DNA of 64,000 bases from NCBI GenBank assembly GCA_964570515.1, contig CAZMYM010000003.1, positions 24,697-88,696 of the forward strand, read 5' to 3'. Below, one piece after another: positions 12,435 through 22,879 of this stretch. Numbering within the stretch: the stretch's first letter is position 1; every line of letters starts with the position of its first letter. The notes beneath the pieces are model-generated. The model saw only the letters and a list, made by a program, of their open reading frames with translations. It was not told the origin of the DNA and ran no database searches. Source of the stretch: an uncultured Thermotogae bacterium (GTDB lineage: Bacteria > Bipolaricaulota > Bipolaricaulia > UBA7950 > UBA9294). Position numbers and translations under genes: made by a program.

Positions 12435-12755
12435 ATGCAGTTACTGAAAGTATTATCCACTTCGGATCCGGCGGCATCCGCGGGGGCAATCGCGAACGGG
12501 ATCCGCGATACGGGTACCGCCGAGATTCAAGTGATCGGGCCCCGCGCCGTGAACCAGACGGTCAAGGCGATCGCCATCGCGCGAGGGTACCTGGCTACGA
12601 GCGGTCTTGACGTCTACTTCGTTCCGAGCTTCGCAAGCATCCAAGTTGGCTTCGACGAGCAAGAGCGGACGGCGATTCAGTTCAGTGTCAGGACGCGCCA
12701 TGGCCTGAACGGCGGAAAGCACTCCGCCCCGAGACCTGACTCGGCGAACTCGTGA
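12435..12755 (+). CDS. spoVS: SpoVS family protein
   Basis: LKVLSTS...AGAIA...IGPRAVNQTVKAIAIARGY...F.PSF; located after rny. Confidence 0.88.
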   Translation: MQLLKVLSTSDPAASAGAIANGIRDTGTAEIQVIGPRAVNQTVKAIAIARGYLATSGLDVYFVPSFASIQVGFDEQERTAIQFSVRTRHGLNGGKHSAPRPDSANS

Positions 12756-12836
12756 ACGGCGTTCTTGCCCAACGTACGGTGACTTTGTACCATTCCGAGC
12801 ACCCGTTGATTCTGACCAAGGGAGTGAGCTATCGCG

Positions 12837-15473
12837 ATGTCTAGGTTCTTCCATCGTCATCAGAAAACGATCATCTGGATCGTCGTCATTGCGTTCTTCA
12901 TCGGTGGTGTCGGGCTGATCGGCCTAAACCAGGCCGGCGTCTTAAGATCGGAGCCAACGGTCGACGACGGAGTGCCCGAATACGCGGCTCGCGTCAATGG
13001 AGTGGAGGTCGACCTGGCCGCGTTGGACGCGATGGTGAACCAGGTCTTCAACCGCTATCAAAATCTGTATCAGCAAATCGGGCAGGACGCCCGCACGCTG
13101 CTTGAGGGAGCAAGCGGCGCCCTGTTCCGCCTCCAATTGCGGGCGGACGCGGCCAACGAAGTAATTCGGCGGGCGTTGTTCAAGCAGGAAGCGGACAAGC
13201 GCGGAATCCGGATCCCGAGAGACGAGGTTGAGGACGCGTTCCTGTCGGAGTACGCGAATGTCTTGCAGGCCAACCAGATCACCGAAGACCAGCTTGTGAG
13301 CTACCTGTCACAACAGGGGAACTCGCTGGAAGCGTTCCAGGCGTCTTTGCGCGCGGAAGCCGAAGTGGCTCTGATCGATGAGGCGGTCCGGGTAGTCGTA
13401 GCAGGACCGATCGAGCCGAGTGACGAGGATCTCTTCAGCTACTTCGAGACAAACATCGTGATCTATGACGTGGAGGAGAGGGTTCACGCGGCGCACATCC
13501 TGGTCGAGGATCTTGAGACTGCTCTCGAAGTCAGATCCCTGTTGGATGAAGGGGCGAATTTCGCCGAGCTTGCGAGCATGTACTCGATCGACACCAACAA
13601 CAAGGAGAGCGGCGGCGATCTGGACTGGTTCGGACGCGGTGTGATGGTCGCTGAGTTCGAGGACGCGGTGTTCTCGATGGAGATCGGGGAACTGAGCAAT
13701 CCGATCCAGACGCAGTTCGGCTATCACATCATCAGCCTGATCGACCGGGAGGAAGCCCACACTCCGAGGCTCAGCGATGTGCGGGACGACGTCCTCGCAG
13801 ACTACACGCGCGACAAGAGAGATGAGCGTGTGTCGGAGTGGTATGACGCTCAGTACGATGCGAGCGAAATCGAGGTCTCCTTCCCCCTCGTCTACGCGTA
13901 CATGCTGCAGCAGCGCGACGAGGATCTCGGGCTCGCCGAGTTTGAACGGTTGCTCGCAGAAGGCGAGACGAGCGACCTGTACCTTCCGTACTTCATTGGG
14001 CGGATCCACGAGACAAAGGCCGCGTCCGCCGCTGAGGAGAGGAGGTTGTTCGAGGAGATCGAGGAGCCGACCGAGGACAACCTGATCCGCATCGAAGAGC
14101 TCAAAGCGGTGGAGGAGGAGCACGAACAGGCTGCGCTCAAGGCTTTCCTGGCCGCTCTGGAGAACGTGGAAGCAGACGAGAACTTCCTGAATCGAATTCT
14201 CCAGCTCAATCCGGACAGCGTCTCGGCAACCTTCCTCCTCGGCAAGCTGTTCCTTGATCGTGGGGATTCCGCGGCGGCCGAGGCCTGGTTCGCCGAAGTG
14301 ATCAGCAAGGACGAGACGTACGTAGCAGCACACATCGCATCCGGCGATCTGGCTGTGCGAGGCGGCAACTATCCGCTGGCGCGAACCCGCTACGAGAACG
14401 CCCTCGCGCTTCGGCCCAATGACTCGAGTGTGATGGTGAAACTGGTCGACGTCCATCTCGCAGAGGGCTCGATCGATGAGGCTCGCGATCTGATCGATCA
14501 GATCCGGGCGATCGATCCCGGGAACGTGAAGGCCGTGATCGCCGAAGGGGATCTTGCCAGAGCGCAGATGTCCGCAGCCGTCGAGGAGCGGGACACGCTA
14601 GAGGCGAAGGACCTACTCACCAGCGAAGACGAAGCCCGACTGACGGACCTGGCGGGAACGATTGCCGCGCTGTACGACGTCGCGATCCAGCGATACGAGC
14701 GAGGACTGCAGAGCGGAGGATCCCTCGAGTTGAACGTCAAGATCGGCGAGGTCTATCTCTTGAGTGGTCGGTTGGATGAGGCGGAAGACGAGTTCGACAG
14801 CGTCATCATCCGCTCGCCATACACCTCGAGCGCCTTCGAGGGACTGGGAAGGGTGATGCTGGCTCGCGGAGAGACGCAAGAGGCGCTGGAGAACCTCTAC
14901 ACGGCGCTTGCTCGGTCGTTCGACCTGGCCGAGAGGGAGAGGATCGCGGAACTCATCGTGGAAGTCGATCCGTCCGACGCGGACATGCGCATGGAGTTGG
15001 CGTCGATCTACGCGGAGCAGTTCAAGTGGAGAGCGGCGATCCGCGAGTATGGGGCCGTCCTCGAGGGCGATCCGGCCTCGTCGGATGCCTCCGTCGGCAT
15101 CGCGGAGGCGTACCGCCGGCGCGGCGAGCACTCAACGGCCCTCGAGTACCTCCATCGTGCGGTCGAGCGGGCGTCGGACGTCTTCATGCTGATCCGACTG
15201 CACGAGGCGATCGTGGAAACGATCGCGGAGCAAGTCGGTGCAGGACAGCTGCTTGGGCCTGAGGGACTGGATGCGTTGATCGAACTCGCCCGGCTGAGAA
15301 TCTCGATCGGAGACACCGACGCGGCGTTGGCCGATCTTGCGCTCGTCAGCGAGGAAGATCCCGAGTATCGAGCGGACGAGGTCGCCGAACTGCGCCTGTT
15401 GGTGAGCGGGCCGCCGTCCCCGCCGGATGACGACACTGCGGAGATTCAGACGGATGCTGAGACGCTGCCGTAG
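12837..15473 (+). CDS. Membrane-anchored SurA-N/parvulin PPIase fused to a long TPR region
   Basis: N-terminal TM, SurA-N-like region, rotamase motifs (VHAAHILV...FAELASMYSID...GGDLDWF...EFEDAVF...TQFGYHII), then TPR-like repeats. Confidence 0.8.
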   Translation: MSRFFHRHQKTIIWIVVIAFFIGGVGLIGLNQAGVLRSEPTVDDGVPEYAARVNGVEVDLAALDAMVNQVFNRYQNLYQQIGQDARTLLEGASGALFRLQLRADAANEVIRRALFKQEADKRGIRIPRDEVEDAFLSEYANVLQANQITEDQLVSYLSQQGNSLEAFQASLRAEAEVALIDEAVRVVVAGPIEPSDEDLFSYFETNIVIYDVEERVHAAHILVEDLETALEVRSLLDEGANFAELASMYSIDTNNKESGGDLDWFGRGVMVAEFEDAVFSMEIGELSNPIQTQFGYHIISLIDREEAHTPRLSDVRDDVLADYTRDKRDERVSEWYDAQYDASEIEVSFPLVYAYMLQQRDEDLGLAEFERLLAEGETSDLYLPYFIGRIHETKAASAAEERRLFEEIEEPTEDNLIRIEELKAVEEEHEQAALKAFLAALENVEADENFLNRILQLNPDSVSATFLLGKLFLDRGDSAAAEAWFAEVISKDETYVAAHIASGDLAVRGGNYPLARTRYENALALRPNDSSVMVKLVDVHLAEGSIDEARDLIDQIRAIDPGNVKAVIAEGDLARAQMSAAVEERDTLEAKDLLTSEDEARLTDLAGTIAALYDVAIQRYERGLQSGGSLELNVKIGEVYLLSGRLDEAEDEFDSVIIRSPYTSSAFEGLGRVMLARGETQEALENLYTALARSFDLAERERIAELIVEVDPSDADMRMELASIYAEQFKWRAAIREYGAVLEGDPASSDASVGIAEAYRRRGEHSTALEYLHRAVERASDVFMLIRLHEAIVETIAEQVGAGQLLGPEGLDALIELARLRISIGDTDAALADLALVSEEDPEYRADEVAELRLLVSGPPSPPDDDTAEIQTDAETLP

Positions 15474-15512
15474 GGCTCCGCGGTTCTGCGGGCTTTCGTC
15501 GCTGAAGGTAGC

Positions 15513-16118
15513 GTGAATCGCTCCTACGAACGGCTCGTGGGCTTGATCGCGAAGCTCCGAGATCCGGCTTCGGGGTGTCCGTGGGATCGCGCGCAGGATC
15601 ACCGTAGCCTGCGCACCTACGTGCTGGAAGAAGCGCAGGAGCTTGTCGAGGCAGTGACTGCCGGCGAGGATGAACTTCTCCTCGAAGAGCTTGGAGACGT
15701 CCTTCTCCAAGTGCTTCTGCACAGCCGCATTGCCACGGAGCGTGGCGCGTTCTCGATCGACGACGTCTGTGAGCATCTGGCTGACAAACTGATTCGGCGT
15801 CACCCCCACGTTTTCGGCGATGCGCCGGGCGATCTGCCCTCGGTCTGTGCCCGGTGGGATCGAATCAAGGCGTCCGAAGGGAAGCCGAAGCATGAGTTCC
15901 GCCACACGGCATTGATCGAGGCGCGGAAGGCCCTGGACCGCCTTCCTGATGGATTCACGTTCGACGCTGTGCAAACAAGAGATGTTGAAGAGCGAGCCGG
16001 TGTTCGCCTTCTCGAGTATATCGCCGAACTCCGCCGAGACAGACTAGATCCGGAGATTGCCATTCGAAGCGGAATCACCGCGTTGCGCCGGGCGATGCAG
16101 GACGGGGCGGGCACATGA
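15513..16118 (+). CDS. mazG: MazG family nucleotide pyrophosphohydrolase
   Basis: GCPWDRAQ...EEAQEL...EELGDVLLQV...KLIRRHPHVFG. Confidence 0.88.
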   Translation: MNRSYERLVGLIAKLRDPASGCPWDRAQDHRSLRTYVLEEAQELVEAVTAGEDELLLEELGDVLLQVLLHSRIATERGAFSIDDVCEHLADKLIRRHPHVFGDAPGDLPSVCARWDRIKASEGKPKHEFRHTALIEARKALDRLPDGFTFDAVQTRDVEERAGVRLLEYIAELRRDRLDPEIAIRSGITALRRAMQDGAGT

Positions 16119-16372
16119 GCGACGCGACCGTCTACTGGCTCGGGACGACCCAGAGCGAGGTGCACTTCATCGACGCAATCGTGAGTGCCTACGACGGCCT
16201 GGCCAACGTCCGCCGCGAGTACCGCATCAAGGAAGGACGCACGGAATTCAAGGTTTTTGTCGGTCCCGGGATGGAGCAGGAGTTCCTCGAACTGGTCGGG
16301 CGGCTCGGCGACATTTCGTCACTTGAGAGAGACGATCACGATGAGCCTCATTCGCCTTCTGAAGCCTTGTGA
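16115..16372 (+). CDS. Small conserved protein, DUF4911-like
   Basis: EVHFIDAIVSAYDGLANVR pattern; translationally coupled to its neighbours. Confidence 0.65.
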   Translation: MSDATVYWLGTTQSEVHFIDAIVSAYDGLANVRREYRIKEGRTEFKVFVGPGMEQEFLELVGRLGDISSLERDDHDEPHSPSEAL

Positions 16373-16790
16373 GGCCGTGGCGACGGTCTTCGACATTGAC
16401 TACGCGCGACTCCGCACGTCGGGGAAGCGGGCCGTCCTATTTGACCTCGATAACACGCTGGAGCGCGGTCGTCCTACTGCGCTTCGCAGCGACACCAAGG
16501 CGTACCTGCATGAGTTGGTGAAGAGTGGCCTTCGCGTCGGGATCATCAGCAACCGTCGGTATCTGTCGGCGGAACAGAAAGAGCGGCTGTGCGTCGAGGG
16601 CGTTCCGATAGCATTCGATGCAGGCAAGCCCCGGCGACGCGCGTTCCGCCACGTGATGAATGTCATGGGGGTGCGGCCGCAAGAGACCGTCTTCATCGGA
16701 GATCGTCGTCTGACCGACATCGCGGGCGCAAACCGGGCGGGTCTGTACTCGATTCTCGTCCGACGACCGGCGTTCGTTCCTGAACCGTAA
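16341..16790 (+). CDS. YqeG family HAD IIIA phosphatase
   Basis: VLFDLDNTL, GIISN, AGKP, FIGDRRLTDIAGANRAG. Start at ATG 16341. Confidence 0.88.
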   Translation: MSLIRLLKPCEAVATVFDIDYARLRTSGKRAVLFDLDNTLERGRPTALRSDTKAYLHELVKSGLRVGIISNRRYLSAEQKERLCVEGVPIAFDAGKPRRRAFRHVMNVMGVRPQETVFIGDRRLTDIAGANRAGLYSILVRRPAFVPEP

Positions 16791-16942
16791 CCGTAGATCG
16801 AAGCGCGTCGGCTCACTCCCCTGCACCCCAAGACGCAGAAGGCCCTCGGGACCCTATGGCGCCGTCCTTGTCCTGCATCTGAGCACCCGGTACCATGCTG
16901 GACGCACCAAGACATCGCGTTATCAAGGAGAGAGCGATCATC

Positions 16943-19246
16943 ATGCTTGAGCTTTTCCGTCGGCATCGGATTGTGGTTGTCAGCGCCGTACTCGTACTCG
17001 TCGCCGTCGTCATTGCGGTAGTGCTTCTTCAGCTGGGCGTTTTTCCGAACCGCGGAGTCGCGAGCGACGGAGCTCCTTCCTTCGTCGCCACAGTGAACGG
17101 CACCGAGATCAGTCGGGACGCACTCGATCGAGCCGCCGCAGATCTCACGTCGTACTACCGACAGGCTACCGGTGGGGAGAGCAGCTACTTCGTTGGAGCG
17201 AGCGGCGCCCACGTTCGGCTCAGGATCTTCTACGAGGCCCTGATCGAGCTGGTTCGCCGGACGCTGATTCGACAAGAGGCGGGTGCGCGAGGCCTCGCTA
17301 TGAGTGACGACACCGTCGACGAACGCGCGAATCTCCAGTACCAGACTCTCCTCGGGCAGTACGGGATCGCGGAAACGCAACACGCGGCCTTCCTGGTGGA
17401 GTCAGGGAGTTCGCTGGAGGCGTACAAGCGGAACTTGCGGGACGAAGTTGAGCTCCAATGGGTGACCGAGTCGGTTCAGCAGGCGATGATCGAATCGACG
17501 GAGCCGGACGAAGAGGCGCTCGCTTCGTACTACGAGGAGAACGGGAGTCGATACGCCACCGACGACGGCCAGTCGCCTCCGCTGGAGCAGGTCAGGGATG
17601 ATGTTCGCTCCGACTACCTGGACGAGCACAGAGATCAGATCATCGGGGAGTGGTACCAGTCTCTCCTTGCTTCAGCCGGTATCGAGATCGCGATTCCTCT
17701 GCTGCGAGCCTACGATCTGCAGATGAAAGATCCGGAACTCGGTCTCGCAGAGTACGAAAGGCTGCAACGAGAAGGTGGGCTGGCGGATGCCCACTTGCTG
17801 TACTACATGGGGCGACTCGTCGAGGGAGAGGCGGCCGTTGTGACCGGAGAGCGTGTGGCGCTCGAGAGCCTCAGCGAGCTTACCGAAGCGCAGGCGGCCG
17901 AGATCGCCTCCCTCCGTGAGAAGCAGACGGCGCTCGAATCCCGGGCGATAGCCTTGTACATCGAGGCTCTGCAGCAGGTCGAACCGGACGAAGTGCTCGT
18001 GAGTCGGATCATGCAGCTAAGTCCAGACGGGAAGACGAAGTCGTTCTTGAGTGGGGTTCAGCTTGCCCTTCGCGGAGACCAGGGAGGGGCGGAGGAGCTG
18101 TTTGATGCCGTGCTGGAGGACGACCCGTCGTTCCTTCCAGCCTACGTCGCATCGGGCGATCTGGCTCTTCGGATGGGCGATGACGCTCGCGCGATGATGC
18201 GGTACGAAGGTGCGCTGGAACGCGAACCGGAGAACGTCATCGTCCTCCTACGAATGGCGCAGCTTCGGATGGCGATGAACGATCTGCCGGAGGCACAGAG
18301 CGTGCTGTCGAGCGTGCGGAACCTCGAGCCGAACTCGCCGTGGCTCCGTATCGCCGAGGGAGACCTTGCCGCGATCCGGTTGGCGGCGGCGGTGCTGGAA
18401 CTCGAGACCGGTGCGTCCGAGGAGCGTCTGGTCGAGCTTGGCGCGCAGATTGCGGAGCTGTCCAGGTTGGCCGTCGACGCGTACAGGGACGTTCTCGAAC
18501 GATCGGGGGATCTCGGGATCAATCTGAAGCTCGGACGCGTGCAGTGGCTGGTTGGTAATCTGGACGCGGCGGAGAGTGAGTATGAGTACGTGATTCGCTA
18601 CAGCCCATACACGGCGGACGCCTATGAGGGCCGCGGCAGGGTTCTCGCTTCGCGTGGGAACGTCGATGAGGCCGTCTCTGCGTTCCGCACGGCGCTCCTT
18701 CTCGCGCTCGGCGTCGAGAACCACATCCGCTTGCTAGAGCAAATCGTTACGCTGTTGCCGTTGGAGGTCGTAGACCGGCTGGAACTGGCGGATATCTATG
18801 CGGAGCAGGACCAGTGGTCCGATGCTGTCCGCGTGTACAGTGACGTCATCGACATCGACCCGACGCTGACCGATGTCTACTTCCTTCTTGGCGAAGCGCA
18901 CCGCCGAGCCGGAGCGCATGACCTAGCCCTTCACGCACTTCAGCAAGGCCTGGACGTGGCGAGCTTCGAGACACAGCGGGTGCATCTTCTAGAGGCGATC
19001 GTTGCGACGTCGCGAGAGCAAGTCGGGGACGATCACGATCAATCGCTGCCCGTCAGTGGGTTGGACGCGCAGCTGACGCTTGCGGATCTGGAGATTGTCG
19101 CCGGAGAGGTCGAGAGCGCGCTTGCCAGGATCCGATCGGTTTTCGACGCCGATCCGACGTATCGCGCGTCGGACCTTCGTGAACTCCTCCGACGGATCGA
19201 GGAGACGCATCCCGGCCTCTTGACGGACCAGGAACGAACGCCCTAG
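16943..19246 (+). CDS. SurA-N/TPR protein, paralog of 12837-15473 lacking the parvulin domain
   Basis: Same N-terminal TM, ATVNGTEI, ALIELVRRTLIRQEA...RGL and TPR region as the upstream paralog, but no rotamase motifs. Start ATG 16943 after AAGGAG. Confidence 0.78.
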   Translation: MLELFRRHRIVVVSAVLVLVAVVIAVVLLQLGVFPNRGVASDGAPSFVATVNGTEISRDALDRAAADLTSYYRQATGGESSYFVGASGAHVRLRIFYEALIELVRRTLIRQEAGARGLAMSDDTVDERANLQYQTLLGQYGIAETQHAAFLVESGSSLEAYKRNLRDEVELQWVTESVQQAMIESTEPDEEALASYYEENGSRYATDDGQSPPLEQVRDDVRSDYLDEHRDQIIGEWYQSLLASAGIEIAIPLLRAYDLQMKDPELGLAEYERLQREGGLADAHLLYYMGRLVEGEAAVVTGERVALESLSELTEAQAAEIASLREKQTALESRAIALYIEALQQVEPDEVLVSRIMQLSPDGKTKSFLSGVQLALRGDQGGAEELFDAVLEDDPSFLPAYVASGDLALRMGDDARAMMRYEGALEREPENVIVLLRMAQLRMAMNDLPEAQSVLSSVRNLEPNSPWLRIAEGDLAAIRLAAAVLELETGASEERLVELGAQIAELSRLAVDAYRDVLERSGDLGINLKLGRVQWLVGNLDAAESEYEYVIRYSPYTADAYEGRGRVLASRGNVDEAVSAFRTALLLALGVENHIRLLEQIVTLLPLEVVDRLELADIYAEQDQWSDAVRVYSDVIDIDPTLTDVYFLLGEAHRRAGAHDLALHALQQGLDVASFETQRVHLLEAIVATSREQVGDDHDQSLPVSGLDAQLTLADLEIVAGEVESALARIRSVFDADPTYRASDLRELLRRIEETHPGLLTDQERTP

Positions 19247-19343
19247 AGAAGCTGCGGCTGAAAGAAACGAACGGACAACAAGCGACGACGCCGGCCTGAA
19301 AGGTGACGTCGTCTCCCGGTGCGCTCTATACGAACACGTCCGC

Positions 19344-19550
19344 TCACTTCTTCGACCTCGGTCGGAGGTAGGTGAACAGGCCGAACAGCCCAATGACAAA
19401 TCCTCCGAGGGAGGCGGCCATCGCCAGGAAGTTCAGCGGAAAGGTCGATGGGACCCACTCCATTACCATCGCGAATGGCGCCGCTGCTCCGAAGAGGAGC
19501 AGGACGAATCCGATGAGCATGAGCTGGAGCGAGCTCAGGCTACCCAGCAT
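19344..19550 (-). CDS. Small two-TM hypothetical membrane protein
   Basis: 68 aa with two hydrophobic helices, directly downstream of the ABC operon. Confidence 0.6.
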   Translation of the reverse strand: MLGSLSSLQLMLIGFVLLLFGAAAPFAMVMEWVPSTFPLNFLAMAASLGGFVIGLFGLFTYLRPRSKK

Positions 19551-19556
19551 CTCAGC

Positions 19557-20558
19557 CTACTTGTAGAGCCAACACTCGACCGTGTGCCCCGGGAGCGGCT
19601 CGAACTCCGGTGGCTCGTCAACTTCACACAGACCATCGATCGACTGCGGACAGCGAGGGTGGAATCGGCATCCGCTGGGAGGGTTCACCAGACTCGGTGG
19701 TTCGCCCGGCGGGATGTCTCGGAACCTTTTCGCGTTCTCCGGATCCGGATCAGGGATCGCAGCAAGGAGGGCCTGCGTGTAGGGATGGAAATGGTGCTCG
19801 AGCAACGATTCGACCGGCGCCTTTTCGACCGTCTTCGCCGCGTACATGATGAAGATGCGTTCCGAGAAATAGCGAACGGTCGACAGATCGTGCGTGATGT
19901 AGATCACGGCGAGGTTGTGCTCCTCTTGGATCCGCCGGAGGAGCCTCAGGATCTCGACGCGAACCGAGGCATCGAGCATTGACACCGGCTCGTCGGCAGC
20001 GATCAACTTCGGCCGCAGGATCATCGCGCGTGCGATAACAACGCGCTGCTGCTGACCTCCACTCAGCATGTGCGGGAACTTCGTGATGTAGTTGTCGACC
20101 GGAGTGAGTTTGACCTCCTCGAAAACCTCACGGATCCGCCTGTCCTGCTCCGCTTTGTCGCGAATCCCGTTGATCTTCATCGGTTCGGTGAGGATGCCGC
20201 GCAAGGACATGAACGGTGGGAGTGCGCCGTAGGGATCCTGTTGTACGTACCCGAGGTTGGAGCGGTACTCGCGCATCTTCCGGTGCTTGAGCTTACTGAG
20301 GCTCAAGCCCTCGAAGATCACGTCGCCCGCTGTCGGCTTGTATAACCCCAGGATCGTTCGAGCGAGGGTCGTTTTTCCCGAGCCGGACTCCCCGACGAGA
20401 GCGAGAGCCTCGCCGCGTGGGAGCCTGAAGGAGACGCCGTCGACGGCCCGAACATACCCTGCTCGCGCGAAAACGAACTTGCGCAACTCAAACCACTGTC
20501 TGAGGTCGTTGACTTCCAGTATCGGTTGGTTCTGTGTGTCCAGTGTCTGTGTCTGCAT
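19557..20558 (-). CDS. oppF: Oligopeptide/dipeptide ABC ATPase (OppF/DppF type)
   Basis: GESGSGKTT, LSGGQQQR, DEP, C-terminal PSGCRFHPRC...CWLY. Confidence 0.92.
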   Translation of the reverse strand: MQTQTLDTQNQPILEVNDLRQWFELRKFVFARAGYVRAVDGVSFRLPRGEALALVGESGSGKTTLARTILGLYKPTAGDVIFEGLSLSKLKHRKMREYRSNLGYVQQDPYGALPPFMSLRGILTEPMKINGIRDKAEQDRRIREVFEEVKLTPVDNYITKFPHMLSGGQQQRVVIARAMILRPKLIAADEPVSMLDASVRVEILRLLRRIQEEHNLAVIYITHDLSTVRYFSERIFIMYAAKTVEKAPVESLLEHHFHPYTQALLAAIPDPDPENAKRFRDIPPGEPPSLVNPPSGCRFHPRCPQSIDGLCEVDEPPEFEPLPGHTVECWLYK

Positions 20559-20567
20559 AGGAGTCCT

Positions 20568-21524
20568 CTACTTGTAGAGCCAGCACTTGACCTGGCGGCC
20601 GTCTTCGAGGGCGAACATGGGTGGCTCCTGTTCGCACATATCGAAGCGTCGGTGGCAACGCTCAGCGAAGCGGCACCCCGTCGGTGGGTTGAGAAGACTG
20701 GGAGGTTGCCCGGGGATGAACTCGAGCTCCTTTCTGACCTTCAGCGTTGGAACACTCGCCATGAGCTTCTGCGAGTACGGATGGAACGGATTCAAGTAGA
20801 ACTGCTCCGCGCTGGAGATCTCGACGATGTGCCCCGCATACATCACAACGCCTCGATCCGAGAGTTCACTTGTAGTGGCGACGTCGTGCGTGATGAAGAT
20901 GAAGCTCTGCTGGAGGTCCCGTTTGATCCCCTTCAGGACGTTCATGATGTTCGCCTGGGTGAGCATGTCGAGCGCCGACGTCGGCTCGTCGAGAATGACC
21001 AGCTCGGGCTTGGTAATCAGTGCCATGGCGATGATGGCCCGTTGGCGCATCCCGCCTGAGAGTTCGAACGCATACCGGCTGAGAAAGTCGGTCGAGACGC
21101 CGACCAAGCGGAAGACCTCCGCGGCCTGGGCGAGCGCGTCCCTCTTGCTGAGGCCCTGGTGAACGACGAGCGGTTCGGAGACCTGATCCCCGACCCGAAT
21201 GACGGGGTTGAGTGCGTTCATCGCCGCTTGCGAGACCAGCGACATCCGTCGCCACCGGACGTTCGTTCGGAAGCGCTCCTCCGAGAGCTTCATGACGTCG
21301 GTGTCGAGGAGAACGACGCTCCCTTTGTACGTGTGAACGTTGCGAGGGAGGAGCCGTAGAATGGCGCGAATCAGAGACGTCTTGCCACAGCCGGATTCAC
21401 CGATCACGGCGAGCGCGTCGTCGCGGGCCATCTCGAAGTTGATCCCATCGACGGCCTGGACGGCTCCCTGGGAGGTCCTAAAATACAAGTACAGGTCTTT
21501 CACCTGCAGGAGTTTCTCCTCCAT
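20568..21524 (-). CDS. oppD: Oligopeptide/dipeptide ABC ATPase (OppD/DppD type)
   Basis: GESGCGKTS, LSGGMRQR, DEPTSALD, PPTGCRFAERC. Confidence 0.92.
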   Translation of the reverse strand: MEEKLLQVKDLYLYFRTSQGAVQAVDGINFEMARDDALAVIGESGCGKTSLIRAILRLLPRNVHTYKGSVVLLDTDVMKLSEERFRTNVRWRRMSLVSQAAMNALNPVIRVGDQVSEPLVVHQGLSKRDALAQAAEVFRLVGVSTDFLSRYAFELSGGMRQRAIIAMALITKPELVILDEPTSALDMLTQANIMNVLKGIKRDLQQSFIFITHDVATTSELSDRGVVMYAGHIVEISSAEQFYLNPFHPYSQKLMASVPTLKVRKELEFIPGQPPSLLNPPTGCRFAERCHRRFDMCEQEPPMFALEDGRQVKCWLYK

Positions 21525-21526
21525 GA

Positions 21527-22879
21527 TCAGATTCCTCTCAATCGTGGGTTAAAGACGCGGTCGAGGGCGAACCCGAGCATCGCGAAGGCCAATCCGGTGG
21601 CCATCAGCAGGACCGCCGGCTCTAGAACCCAGTAGTAGTAGCCGCGGTAGAGGGCTCCACCCTGGTAGGCGTCGCTCAAGACCTTGCCCCACGTTGGCAG
21701 GATCGGGTCTCCGAGGCCGATCACGGCCAGTGACGCTTCGAGGAACACGAACGCCGGGATGCCGATGACGAAGGTCGGAACCAGGACCGGCACAAGCTTG
21801 GGGATCATGTAGCGGAAGATGATCCTCATGTTGCTGGCCCCGTATGCGCGAGCCGCTTCGATGTACGCTGAATTCTTCACCTGCAGGAACATCGCGCGGT
21901 ATCCCTTGATCGCGGCAGTGAAGATTCCCAGAACGATGATCACCACCAGCATCAGCCAGATGCTCCGGCTGTAGAACGTACCGACCATGATCAGGATCGG
22001 CAAGAACGGCAACATCAGGTTCACTTCGGTGATCCGCTGGATTGCGGCGTCGAGCCACCCGCCATACCAGGTTCCAATCGCCGCGATGATGAACGTGAGG
22101 ATGCTTGTGCCGATCGTGGCGAACAGGCCGAAGAGGAGCGCGATTGGTGTTCCCCACAGCAAAGCCACCATCAAGTCGCGTCTCCGATGGTCGGTCCCTG
22201 CCATTCCGTAGACGTCGCCGTACACAGTGAATCGGCTCTGGACCGTCGATCCCTCATCGAACGTGAGTGTCCGGATTCGGAGGGTGTACTCGCCGGGTAG
22301 AACTTCCGGCTCCGCGGCAGCGTCCTTGAGGCTCGCCGGATCTGCCAGCAGAACGACGTGCGGCAGCTGGTCGGGCGCGTGCGTCGTCAACGACGTGTCC
22401 TGAGAGATCGGATATCGATGCGACGATCGGATCCCCCCGCGGAACATCGAGACCTCTCGGCCGTCCGGTGTCAGCCACGCGATCATGATGTACGGCTGAC
22501 GCTTGTCGAACTGTGCGTCGAAGAAGACGTTCATCTCCCGTGGGAACGTCTTGTAGTCGTAGGTGAAGGTGAACTCCGTGATCGTCTCCGTCGAGTTCTC
22601 GCCGACGGTCGTCACGCTGTTCTCGCTGTCGGAGTAGAGCGTGAACGTCAACGGAAGCTTGTCTCTTCGGAAGAGGTTCGTCCACTCCGGCGCTGCGTAG
22701 CGTGGCGTATCGATCCAGATCTCCTCCGCACCACGCCACAAGGAGACCGCCTTGTCGTACGGGATCGCTACGACCGCGTAAATCGACAGCGCGACGAGCC
22801 CGAGGATGATTACGCTCGATGCGATGATCGTCGGGTAGAGCTTGAGTGTGCCGAAAAGGGAGCTGAGCAGTTTCGTCAT
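21527..22879 (-). CDS. oppC: Peptide ABC permease (OppC type) with a large extracytoplasmic insert
   Basis: GTDHRRRDL, EAARAYGAS, WGKVL; multiple TM segments. Confidence 0.88.
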   Translation of the reverse strand: MTKLLSSLFGTLKLYPTIIASSVIILGLVALSIYAVVAIPYDKAVSLWRGAEEIWIDTPRYAAPEWTNLFRRDKLPLTFTLYSDSENSVTTVGENSTETITEFTFTYDYKTFPREMNVFFDAQFDKRQPYIMIAWLTPDGREVSMFRGGIRSSHRYPISQDTSLTTHAPDQLPHVVLLADPASLKDAAAEPEVLPGEYTLRIRTLTFDEGSTVQSRFTVYGDVYGMAGTDHRRRDLMVALLWGTPIALLFGLFATIGTSILTFIIAAIGTWYGGWLDAAIQRITEVNLMLPFLPILIMVGTFYSRSIWLMLVVIIVLGIFTAAIKGYRAMFLQVKNSAYIEAARAYGASNMRIIFRYMIPKLVPVLVPTFVIGIPAFVFLEASLAVIGLGDPILPTWGKVLSDAYQGGALYRGYYYWVLEPAVLLMATGLAFAMLGFALDRVFNPRLRGI

